Below, in pieces: positions 1 through 11,222 of a DNA stretch of 64,000 nt. The translations under genes were made by a program, and so were the position numbers. Origin of the DNA: Dicyema japonicum (taxonomy: Eukaryota; Animalia; Dicyemida); assembly GCA_011109175.1 (NCBI GenBank), contig RDEW01000021.1, positions 507,080-571,079 of the forward strand, read 5' to 3'. The stretch's first letter is position 1, and each line of letters opens with the position of its first letter. The notes beneath the pieces were generated by a model that searched no databases, was not told the origin of the DNA, and saw only the letters and a program-made list of their open reading frames with translations.

Positions 1-49
1 TCTGTTGTTTTTCCGTGGTTATTGAAAACAACTAAACATAATGAAGATT

Positions 50-375
50 ATTTATTACCTCAATTTATGGACATTGGTGGATTCCCACAATTAACTCTAT
101 TAGTAGGATATTGGAGTCATTAAATTTAGTAGTTAACAACTAATTAAGCGTATCCAATTTCCATGGCTGACGAGTCCTGTCTAGCTCACATCCAGAATCA
201 ACAGTTCTCACAGTCGTGGGAACCCTTCCGAGAAATAACGCGTTGGCTCAACGAGATCTCTGAGGATCCAAGAGTCCACACTTGAATTATCATATAGGAT
301 TATCAACAAAGAGGAAATGAAAATGAGTACTTAATTAGTTTAATCGTCAACCAATTAATGCAGGTCAGCTGGACT
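50..375 (-). mobile_element. Degenerate SINE-like element (family A body/tail)
   Basis: Shares 'caactaattaagcgtatccaatttcca' and a (taa)n-type tail with the copies at 22920 and 49370. Confidence 0.45.
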
Positions 376-1059
376 AACTGCAAATGATTTTCTACAGTAA
401 ATTCTCAAATTGACCGGAAACCAAGATTTTCTTGTTTGCTGAATTTTAAAAATAATTTCTAGATTTGACAAATTTTAATTTCTAAGGAAAACACAAATAT
501 GAGAACACTTTTACATCACTGTGAGAATTCATCACATATATCCTAGAAATTAACAAAACGACAAAAACCATAATTTTATGAGAAAAAAATAATGAATTAA
601 ATTTAATCGTTCAGGTAATATTTTGATTTTCTAAAGAATTTTCCCACGTGGTATTAAATAGCCGTAAACGATATTTTTATATTCATTTTTTGAATATTTC
701 ATTAGAAAGTCTCGAACAAGAAATATCGCATATTTTTGCACGTCCTTTAGGCTTGTTAAGAATTTTTTCCATATTTTTTGAATTCCGCTATGATCCGATA
801 GACTTTTTTAGTGAACATCAAGATTTTTAGAAATGTGTTTGAAAATCCTTGTTGTACATGCTTATGATATCTTGTATATTTTCTTTTGTGAGATTCTACG
901 TCATTTGCAACTCAAAGTTAGCGATATCTGTGAGGTGGTCACGTGGCAAGTAAATTTGATCAATTCTGTCCAAGATTTTAAAATTTTTCGATCGATGTGA
1001 CGCTAATTTCTCAAATTTTCACTTTATAGACTAATTTTAAAGTTTTCCAATTTGAAAAA

Positions 1060-1897
1060 ATGAATTTTCTGTTTTACACATTATTTTGTGCTTCCATTGG
1101 TATTTCCGAACAATTTAGATAACACGCATCTATCCAAAAGATTCGAGATCCCCACTGTTCTTGATGGAAATTTCGTTTTCATTAATATTCACATATAGCA
1201 AAAAAGGTTCCACCACAATGAAGACCAAATGAGAGAGTACATCAAAAGACTGTTCGAATTGTCCCAAAAATATGTATGTGAGCATAATTCAGTATTCTGA
1301 GGCGATCAAAATAGAATTAAAGCTTAAAAAAGTTTACTTTACCAACGAAACTACATCAAGTAATCCCTACGGAGCTTCCTTATACGCGAAGGATAAAAAC
1401 CTTCTTCGTGATGAAGACGCCATTTTATTTAAGTATTTATTCAAACTTATTCTCAGAAATGTCATTGTCAAAGGTCAGAATGAATATGAATTGGGAGTTG
1501 CACTGGTGGGATGGATTTGTGACATAGGATCTGTGACAATCGTTTTGAAACCATCCACTCAAGAGAAAACTGCAGAGATTATGTCTCATGAGTTATTCCA
1601 CGTGCTTGGATTTCATCACGTGCAAACGACCGAAAGCAATTGCAATAAAAATTGGTTAATGATTCCCTATATTCATGCCAATGAGTATAAATTTTCCTAA
1701 TTTTCGGACACGTGTCGAAGTTAACAATCGACCGAGCGAAAACACTAGAAGCTAACTGCGGATGCCTTTACGATTTGCCGAGTATTGACTGCAAACTTGC
1801 AATCATTGCAGTCTTTTACAACTTGACGAATAACAGTTCTTTTGATAGCGCAAAATCTCTACGACAAAGCGCATCCAGAGCGTTATGTCTACAGTGA
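1060..1897 (+). CDS. Secreted reprolysin/ADAM-type (M12B) zinc metalloprotease, catalytic domain only
   Basis: Hydrophobic N-terminus; HELFHVLGFHH (HExxHxxGxxH); Met-turn WLM; distal CLYDLP. Frame is restored by GT-AG introns 1100-1118 (19 nt), 1175-1198 (24 nt) and 1274-1292 (19 nt). Intron 1685-1707 ends in GG. Confidence 0.75.
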
Positions 1898-2189
1898 TTT
1901 GTCTGGTGAATCTCCTGAGCAATAGTCCTCATTTCTTCTTTACTAGTTAAGGGTATCACAAGTTTGTGAAGTCTGTTAACAGCTTTAAAAAAAAGCTTTT
2001 CTTTAATCCATTTTCAGGTAAATTGTTTTTCATCTTCAAACTCAAAAGATTCAGACAATTTACTGAGCCTATATTTTTGCCTTTTAGGAATTTGAGGACA
2101 ATCATACTTCATTTTTAAATTTTTTTTATTATTTCCATTTCGTGAGGCGACAGACTCAGGTGACTCATTTTATCGCGTGGGTAACCAAA

Positions 2190-2436
2190 CTAATTAAATT
2201 ATTCCAAAACCAAGGGTAACCAAACTAACTAACTCCTTGCTCTGACTTGTTCCAGCGACCCAGAACTTGTCTCCAGGTAACGACATTGTCCCGGGGAAAG
2301 AATAGTGGATCCTCCTGATGTCGGCCAGGCATTGGGCGTCTCCTCAGTAAGGTGGATCAAATGACGCCATCAAAGGCAAGGAAAATAATTATTGACAAAT
2401 TAGCCACTTAACACCACAAGGCTCCACGCGGCCAGA
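2190..2436 (-). mobile_element. SINE family A copy with HDV-like pseudoknot core (2308-2368)
   Basis: tRNA-like head GGCCGCGTGGAGCC; core GGCGTC..GATCC A CCT TACTG AGG A GACGCC..GGATC; tail 'tttggttacccttggttttggaataa'. Confidence 0.7.
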
Positions 2437-2599
2437 AGAAAAAAACTAACTTTTATCAAAATAAACTAGTATTTTTTAAATATATAATAAATTGATATCA
2501 TTATCTCATTATTATGTAAAATTAAGTGTATTATGTAAAATAACGCAAACGTGTCTTCATGTGGTCTACCAGTTACTAAAGTTCTACATGCGTTCAGGG

Positions 2600-3075
2600 T
2601 GCACTTAATGCACCGCGAAAAAGGACCATTAACTACCTCCCATTCGAAGAAGGATTCTTTGGACGACGGCCTCTTCCCTTTCTTAATCCCCTCGGCTGAC
2701 TGGGTATCTGATAATTCTCGCTGTGACATTGAACTTAATCCAGGTCCCCCACTTTCAATTCTGCAGATAAACATCAACGGAATCAAAAGAAAAATTCTCG
2801 AACTACGGTCTTTCATTAAAGAACAGAACATTGACCTGATATTTCTTCAAGAAAGCAGACTTACTCCATCATTACCTACCCCGCAATTTCCAGGATACCA
2901 ATGCATCCGCCTCTACCGCTCGAACCGTCGTGGTGGTGGTCTCATCATTATAAGAGAAAACATTCGATTTACGTACATCTCAGCAATACTACAGTCACTA
3001 ATAAACGATGGGACCACGGAAATATCTGGAATATGAATTAAAAGTGGATTCGGGACTATCAACATTGCAAATTAT
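2600..3075 (+). mobile_element. APE-endonuclease LINE 5' fragment with 2A-like peptide
   Basis: DIELNPGP followed by ILQININGI..DLIFLQE..RRGGG APE motifs; truncated. Confidence 0.8.
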
Positions 3076-3077
3076 CT

Positions 3078-3292
3078 CCTCAATTGAGACCCACGGGTTA
3101 AAGCTGTGATGAGAAGTCTGCAGCCTTTAGAGCTCTGATGATCACATCGTTCAGAGCAGCGTGACATTCTGCAGGACAGCGAGTGCAATCCCTTCGCATC
3201 GACTATTTTCCCGCAGCGGCATCGGTGCTCCTGGCAAATGTCTAGTCCTAGCCTTTGTCCGATTACAATCCTCAAAGATTCGTCGTCCAAAG
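3078..3292 (-). mobile_element. CRE/RLE-type non-LTR retrotransposon internal fragment
   Basis: [28 protein letters not shown], homologous to 31850-31950. Confidence 0.75.
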
Positions 3293-3714
3293 AGTAATCA
3301 AATCGTAAAAAAATTATTATCCTTTTTTGCTATGCTTCTCGTGGTCAATCGCCTCAATTTTCTAGGTGGTTTTCTTAAAATATTGTTTCCTACTAAAAAT
3401 AGTAGCGGTTTACTTCAATCCATGAATATTGGGATTATATGATCTTTGAGTAATTATGTCATACTCAGGCTAATCTATTAACATAATTATTTTAATCGAA
3501 GGTTTTTTCTACAATGTTTCGATCTATAATTCTTACAAAAAATTGAATTTAAAAGATACGGTTTTTTTCCAAAAGTGGCGTAGGAAGACACATCCGTAGA
3601 GACCATAAGGAATTGTTTCAGAGATTTAATTAAATCGAATAGCGAGAATCTTGAAATTGATATTAATGATACACCAATTCTGAATGATTGTGGCCTCACA
3701 TGAACGTACTTGAA

Positions 3715-4030
3715 GCCCACTGTCACCTTTGGACATATTCTACAGACGGGTGAAGAAACACCATGCTATGCCACCAATGGAAGAATTTTTCGACCATACT
3801 GAATCTTCTACATTCAGAGGACGTCCAAGAAGTTTTGTTTCCAGGTCACTTTGGAGGATTATGCGATGGTTGCCGACTGATGGATGCAGACAATCTGGAA
3901 GAAATCAGGGGGCGAGCACGACAACGAATGGGTGGAGAAGGCTAAAGGAAAAGATATTCGAAAAAACATGGCACAAGCAACCATAAACAGTATTTACTGG
4001 TAACGCGGATGTGCTTTAATTAAATTAAAT
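3715..4030 (+). mobile_element. RTE-like LINE 3' fragment
   Basis: FGHIL..AMEEFF..FRGRPRS; near-identical to 49990-50295. Confidence 0.75.
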
Positions 4031-4554
4031 TAGCAATCAGAAGAACAGACATTTTCGATCTTCTAAAAGTTGAAGATTTTTTAAACGTTGAATACACGGG
4101 GAATGAAAAATATAATAAAAATTCATTAGAAGATTCATAAAATACTGAACAAGAATCGGAAAAAGTAAGACCTTAGACAAAATGAATATTTTGTTAGAAT
4201 AAATGCAATAGAGGGAACTTTTAGCTAATATTGAGAAAGTTGTTTTTTTAATTTCATCAATTAAAAATACAAAGAAGGTATTATTAAGAAAAGAAAAAAC
4301 AATTAAGAATTAAGTATGTTTTTGATCATTTAAGTTATTTTTTAAAAATTCTTTTAAAATTAATTTTTTTTCAGATTATCCACTTTTCAAATTGGCCACA
4401 AATTCTAAGTAACCAAAAAGTGGCCAATTTGCGAGGTTGACTACAGTTATTTCAGTGTTTATAAAAATATAACTGAATAGATATCAAATTTTAAGATGTT
4501 ATATGATTTTTTCAAAATTGATTTATTAATGACAAATAAAATAATAAAAGTTCA

Positions 4555-4745
4555 TACAGTGGCCACCTTTACTGCGTGGCTATTCCCTCTTAGGATGGAC
4601 AGCGAGATTCTCTCAAATAGAGCTCATGGGGATTTCCTGTTTACCCAGAAATCTGATTCCCTAGACGACTCAAGAATTCCAGAGGCACTTTGGAGCAGGT
4701 TGCAAGGGGCAGACATTTATAACGATTAATGACTTAATTTAATTA
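4555..4745 (+). mobile_element. SINE-like family B copy
   Basis: Matches 20340-20458 plus 22193-22227 (gtggctattccctctnagga..gcgagattc..tctgattccctagacgactcaagaattcc). Confidence 0.6.
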
Positions 4746-4863
4746 ATCTTAACCGTAATTTAAACAATTCCATTATTCCAACATATTACGAGATAGTTAA
4801 TACCAGTCATATAAAGATGTCACAATTCACATTAGGAAACTTATTAATAAAAGAAAATGTAAT

Positions 4864-7427
4864 TTAGGAAATATCACCAGGTGGCTCAGACACTCCATAT
4901 TTATCACGCCTTTCCTTAGCTCTATCACGATATTGTCGCTGACTGGGCTCGTCCGATACATCGACAAAATTCCCTCTCTCAGTCCTCCCATGCGGTTTAT
5001 TCAAAGCTTCTAGATTTTTCTAAAAATCAATCAAAGGGTCAACCGCATGTAATTGTGACAATCTGACGTGCTTTTCCAACACCTCACGACTATTAAACTG
5101 TCTTTTACATAGAAGACACACTAAACGACTCCAATTAACCAAATTCTCAGCAATTTCAACCTTCTGGCTTTCGACTGGAAGGACAAACTGAGTTGGAGCA
5201 TCATTGTTCATGGAAGAGTCTACTTTAACTGAATTCTGATTAGAGGCCCACTTATCCATGTCACGTTTGATCTTTTTTGCCGTCTTAACTTGTTCACTTT
5301 CTTTTTTCAATTCAATTTTCTTGGCGGGCTTTTCAGGCTGTTTATCAGGTTCTTGTTGGACATGCAGCACAAATGAGGTCCCATTCCAATATAAATACTG
5401 CGCAGTAATAGGATTGTAAAAATACTGTCAAATAACCACAAAAATCCCTTACAGTGGAAACAGGGTCATAGTACAACCCATTTACTGTGTCGTAGTAATA
5501 ACCAGAGGACTCATCATAAACATAGGAAGAGGTCTCTATCCCCAAATAACACCAAAAACACACGGTTCTGAGTACAACTAGATTTCCTTTTAGTCTTCCC
5601 CTTATTCATCGCTGCCTGCGCTGCTGCTGCTCCAACATTGCTCGTGTCGGCTTGGTACCCCTCGCAAACTCAGATCAAAGAGTACCTCAGAATACTGGAA
5701 TTCTGGCTTCTTGGGCCAATTCTCCATCGAATTCATTCTACTGTAACTCTCCGCCATACATTGAGTCGAATGAGTCACGTGCAAAGTCGACTTGCACATC
5801 TTTTCCATCAGCTCTCAACCTTTTCCCGCCGAAAGATATCTCTTCCACCACGGCAGAAGCTTCTGAGATGGTGGAAAACTCGGCAAATGCAAATCCTTTT
5901 GACTTTTGAGTGTCTCTATCCCTGACCACGTGCACATTCATGAGGGGGGTACTGGTTACTCTGGAAAACCCCGAAATTAGGGAACTCTCGTCAGTCAATT
6001 CATCCAGTCCTCTCAGTATGAGGGCTACATATTATCGAGAAGTACTGCTGCTAGGATCACTCGCAATTTGGTTCTCCCCCACATTGGCGAAGGATTCTTG
6101 GCGGGATATATTACACCGAAAACAAAAGTTCCTCTTTTTGAAGTTGTATATATGACACTGTGCTCACAAGGAAGACTACCTTACTACATGTCCAGTCCTG
6201 CATCTCCTCGAGGGGTTGGGACTCAGCGTAGGTAAGAGGGACATCATACCGACCCATTAAAGACCATGTCGCCTGTGTTAGAACGGTTGTGGTACCTTGC
6301 ATTTGTTCATCCACTGTTGGGCATCCTGAGTGTTTTTAAATTCAACCAAGGCACGTGAGGTCCCTTGAATGAGAGTACGGACAACCTGGGATGAGTCTAA
6401 TGGAGTGAGGTCGTTGATCAGACATTATCCATAATCTAAGGGTAAAGTACTATCCACACGTCTTTCTCAGTAACAAAAAGAGGAAGTTGTTGCAGCATTA
6501 TAAGTTTTGGATGGATTACCATACTCACTGCATATTCACTAGAACTATAAGCGATTAGATAGAATATATTTATTAAAAACACACAAGTATATAGGTCAGG
6601 AAAATTTTAAGATGCAACAAATGCAGGTAAGCATATTGGTAGGCTAAATAAAGTACATCATTGGAATATTATATTTAAATAATTATGCGATGCAAAAATC
6701 AGTAATTAACCATAAGTGGTAAGCTAAACAAACTTTCATGGAAATTTTATATGTTTAGCTAAAATTGACAGACGTGATAATTTTATAGTGCATCAAATAG
6801 TAATTAACCATATTTGGTGGCTAAACGAACTTTATCATGGAAAATTTCTGTTTAATAAAAATTGGTAGAAGCAACATTTAAAAAGCATCAAAAAGTACTT
6901 ACAGTAAGCTAAACAAAAGTTATCATGTAAATATTAAAGTTTAGTGTAATGCTGAGGATTACTAACCTACAATGTATCAAAATATAGTTAAACATAATTA
7001 GTAGGATAAATAAAGTTTATCATGGGAATTTTATATATAGCAAATTTAGCAAGAGAAGCATTTCGTCTGTCCTGGAATAATAGTTAGGAATAATTGGTGG
7101 GGTACAAAAATTTAGTATGAGACTTTTATATTAAGTACAATAAGGGGATATAAGAATAGTATCAGGCCATATTCGAATATAATAATTATTTGGAAATATA
7201 ATATTTACTATGAAAGAAATATAATCAGTTTATAACACAATAATGAGAAAATAGTACTTAGAATGTCGTCTATGACTGCGAGAGTGGTGTTTTCTTTGTC
7301 TTCTATCTTCAGGACTATGTCTTCTATTAGAACGACGCCTTCTTGATCTATCAATGTGTTTTATTAATTACCGTTCATGTGATCTGTCTCTACTTCGATA
7401 ACTAGAAGAACTGCTATCCCGCGACAT
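4864..7427 (-). CDS. RBM5: RNA-binding protein RBM5/RBM10-like splicing factor
   Basis: RS-rich N-terminus, RRM1, RanBP2 zinc finger (DWTCSKCHIYNFKKRNFCFRC), RRM2 (KGFAFAEF), OCRE (YDESSGYYYD), C2H2 (CLLCKRQF..H..LSQLH), YRDRAKERR. Many 21-24 nt introns plus one 713-nt intron (6545-7257). Confidence 0.9.
6600..7220. repeat. Degenerate tandem repeat, about 6-7 units of 80-97 bp, inside the long RBM5/10 intron
   Basis: Recurrent 'gcatcaaa..taattaaccata..tggt..gctaaacaaa..ttatcatggaaattttat'; anchors at about 6643, 6723, 6820, 6908, 7005 and 7101. Confidence 0.75.
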
Positions 7428-7509
7428 ACAACACAGATTTTTTGAATTATTTATTTTATTATTTTAATTATATAAAAAAAATATATAAAAACAATTTATT
7501 ACGTCTGAT

Positions 7510-9780
7510 GGCGTAATTGGATCCACTTTACTAAAGAGACTCCCAATGCCTGGCCGGCATCAAAAGTACACAACTATTTTTGAAAAAACGTGGTTGTGTG
7601 ATCTTTGTGACAATGGCCGGAAAAATTATTCAAAAGTTAGTTCAAATGTATCAAAAAGTGCGACAATAAAAGTTATCACTTTTCCAGGAGCTACTGGAGC
7701 TAATACTGTGAAGAAGTTTGAAGACGAGATCCAGACAGTTTGCACATCTACAGAAATTGAAACATAGTATATTCCTCATGGTCCTCCAGCTTTTGAATAC
7801 TCTGGCAATATTTTTATACAGATTTCTGTCACATCGAATATGGGAGCTATCAAAATTTCTAACGTGCTGTACTCGTCGACTTTACAGGATTTATCAGATT
7901 GAGCCACAAAGGCTCAGGGATCTTCCGCCTCGAATTCAGAAAGGAGGGGACAAAGGAACTTTTATGAACATATGGATGCTACTTCACCTTATGGTCTTGG
8001 AAACCATTGCTTTAGATAAATCCGACTAGATCGTCCGAAATTGTGTTAAACAACTTGCCCTTATGAGTACATGATAACGACCTTCATGAATTTGTAAAGG
8101 AATTAGCCCCCTCTACCACGAGCATATGCCGTTTCTACAGGGCAGACGGAAACTCCCTTTTGTAAAAGTTCTAGTTGGATCAAAGACGGAAGCTACATCG
8201 CTTGTCCGACTTGGTTTCAACATTGCTCACGTGGCAATCAAATGCGAATAATACAGAAGAAGCCCACATAGGTGTTTCAACTGCCAACACTATGGACACA
8301 TATCCTGCTTCTGTAAGAAGACAAGATGTCTCACTTGAGGAAGAGAACACGACCTGTTTGCGTGTGAGAGATTCCTGGGAACACAATTAATTGCATAAAT
8401 TGTGGCTCGTCCTCACATTGTGTCAGAAATGATGGATGTCCAGTCGCCAAAAAGTCTGATCATAGGAGAGTAGCGTAAAACAATAGACAGGTGATAATAG
8501 GCGATATTGGAGAACATGGACAGAAAAGACAGTGACGTCAAAGACAGCACCAAAAATTAATCGAAAATCGAATTAAGTCCAACCCAATCTATCAGAGAAG
8601 GTATATACGGAAATATCAAAGATTATGTCACAGTTATCTATGCGCGATTATATAGATGGATTTAATGGAGATATTAAGCTTGGTTTTAAAAAAACAAGGT
8701 CACCAAAATGTTGCAACAAGGAGTAAAAATATTGCTAGTGAATGGCCGATTCCTAAGGAAAAGGCATAATGAACTAACACTATTTGTTCGGACCTCCAAA
8801 ATCGACATCTTTGTGGTCAATGAGATAAAATAAAGAAATCGAAGTGCAATATTTTTACGGGATACGATTCCATGGACGTTTTATGGATGGCTTGAGCAGT
8901 TGCTGTAGGGGGAACGTCTATTTTCTACCGCGACTGCCTCTGAATTCGTAATACAAAAGTCTATTGTCATTTATTGTGTGATTTTGTAAGCATGGAAGTT
9001 AGTTGCGAGAGAACATGGATTACTGTTGGAGGTCTATATTCCAAGATTCTTGAGATTTGTTCTACAGATATCTCTGAGTTCTACAACAAGAATCCCTATA
9101 CCATCTTAATTGCGACCTTGATTCGAAGAATACTAGTTCTGGTTTTTGAAGACAAATCAGGATAGACGGCGTTTATAATTATTATCTGATTCACGTGGCT
9201 TTGTGATCCCTTCATCAGATGACCGAAATCATTTTTCATATCATTGAGAACAAACTCAGCTCTATCTGTCTATTTGGGAATGTCCAAAACTCTAGTTTTC
9301 TTGAGGTTCAACATATCACATTTAGATTGGGGTCACTATAGTGATTTGATGTCTAATAATGGAAAGATTAATCGGAACGTATATGAAAGGTTGAGGTTGC
9401 GAAGATTTATGTAAAAATCCCTATTTTTGGAAATACTATCGGAAGATAATGTGTCCGAAGTCGGGGGCAGAAAAGATTATATAAAATAAACCAGACAGGG
9501 GCATATGCATGACGAAAAAAACACCTTCGATATTCAGGGACCAGCTCAAAAAATTCAGGGTGTTGATATGTGGAGTTTGACATCGGATGACAAAAGAAGT
9601 TGTGTACCAATACATTTAAATCTCCGACGAGGAATATTCTCAAGAAATTTGGACGCATGATTCTCTCAGAAGCAATTGTGTTTATATAATTGATCTCCTT
9701 GAAAATCTTGAGAAAAAACTCAGCTACAATTATGTCGACATGGATCAAAACTAAATAAATTAATTGAGATAATGCTCACG
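7510..9780 (+). mobile_element. Decayed LINE (ORF1 with CCHC knuckles, then APE remnant) preceded by a family-A pseudoknot core
   Basis: CFNCQHYGH..C..CINCG knuckles at about 8270-8420; NGRFL..DIFVVNE APE start at about 8740; core motif at 7510-7566. Confidence 0.6.
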
Positions 9781-10019
9781 TCATTCATAAATCTAAGGAA
9801 ACCTATCTTCTTTAAAACCTATCATATTCGATTCATTTCCTCATCGTTTATTTAAATGAAAGTTATTCTTGCCGAGTCAAGAGCAGAGATGTGTGATTCA
9901 GTTGGTCAACCAGGATATTATTTAAATCATAATAAATTTGAATTAATTACACCAAGCTGCTTCGACTGGGGAGAACCTAAAAATCAAGAAATATTCATGC
10001 CTCGGGGATCGCTACCGAT

Positions 10020-10245
10020 TTACTCCTGTTGCGACCGAATCATCGGGAGCCGTTGGTCCAATGACAGCTGAGTTCTTGCGAAAACTCGGAGGATTGCTTG
10101 CCAGAAAGAAAAGGGATCAACGAGAAGGGTTATGGCTAAGACAAAAGATTGGAATAGCCATACTCCGAGGGAACTCGTTCGCAATCCACGCAACAGGCTT
10201 CCTCAACTGACATTTGTTTAATTGTTAAAAAATTTTTCTTTAAAA
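10020..10245 (+). mobile_element. CRE/RLE retrotransposon 3' end
   Basis: FLRKLGGLLARKKRDQREGLWLRQKIGIAILRGNS, homologous to 31380-31490. Confidence 0.75.
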
Positions 10246-10393
10246 AAAAATTAAAATTAACACCAATTTATATCCCCGAAAAAAAGAACGATAAAGTTAG
10301 TAAAATGTTAGTAGTAAACTACGCAACGACCAAGTACATTGTAATTGTCCACAATTCCATGGTTCTTTCCTTACAGCTGGTGAACCACTAGAT

Positions 10394-10682
10394 CAATGGT
10401 TTTTAACCTTTTGATCGCGGACCCCTTGTGAGTGAATAAAAAAATTCGCGGACCCCCAACATAATTTGCAAGTTTTTTGTCAAAAAATTATTACTTTTCT
10501 AAAAACACAATTTGTTATTAAAAAGGAAATAAAATTAATGAGTAGGTTGATGTTGTTTTTTTTGAGGCAATTTTTTCTATTTGAGGCTCGGTTGTCGAAA
10601 AACATACTCTGATAAGTAAAGGTTCAGAAGTATCTCACGGACCCCATGGAATCTTTTGCGGACCCCAGGTTGAGAACCACTG
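10394..10682. mobile_element. hAT (Charlie/MER5-like) MITE
   Basis: TIRs CA(A/G)TGGTT(T/C)T(T/C)AACCT; exact 8-bp TSD CACTAGAT at 10386-10393 and 10683-10690; internal CGGACCCC repeats. Confidence 0.9.
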
Positions 10683-11222
10683 CACTAGATCAATAATTGT
10701 TTTCATTGAATCGATCAAAAATAATGCATAACTTAAAAAACCTAATTATAAAAACCAAGAAATCGATTTTTAAAATACACTTTTATAGAGAATGATTATA
10801 GCAACATGGAAAATGATTAGTTTTTAAAAGCTATCGTTAAATTTTTATCAAAAAAATTTTTTCTTTATGATAATTGAAATTATTTTTACGCATGGTCTTC
10901 GTTCTGACCATCAATCTCTTGGGCAAATATCGAAAGGATATCAGCTATCCAAAAAAGCCCTACGGAGTGTCAAAATGATGCAACTCATCGACTTTTCTGG
11001 AATCTCAAAAACCATTAATCTCGTAATCTAGATTTTAGTTTAGTACGGGTTTGAGTAGACTTGAGAGATGAACACCAGTCCAAGAATATAGAGTTATTAT
11101 AGTCGAGTTAGAATCACATAATCAGTTAGTTGTGTAATCTTTCATTTAAATTTAATCATAAGAGGCAGATCAGATAAATCAGTTGGGTTTTACAACTAAC
11201 TTGAGCTTAGACTTTTTTTTTA

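Noticed and set aside
6600-7220. CRISPR array or C/D snoRNA cluster
   Set aside because: Units are degenerate along their whole length, with no identical repeats and unique spacers, no cas genes and no regular C/D boxes.
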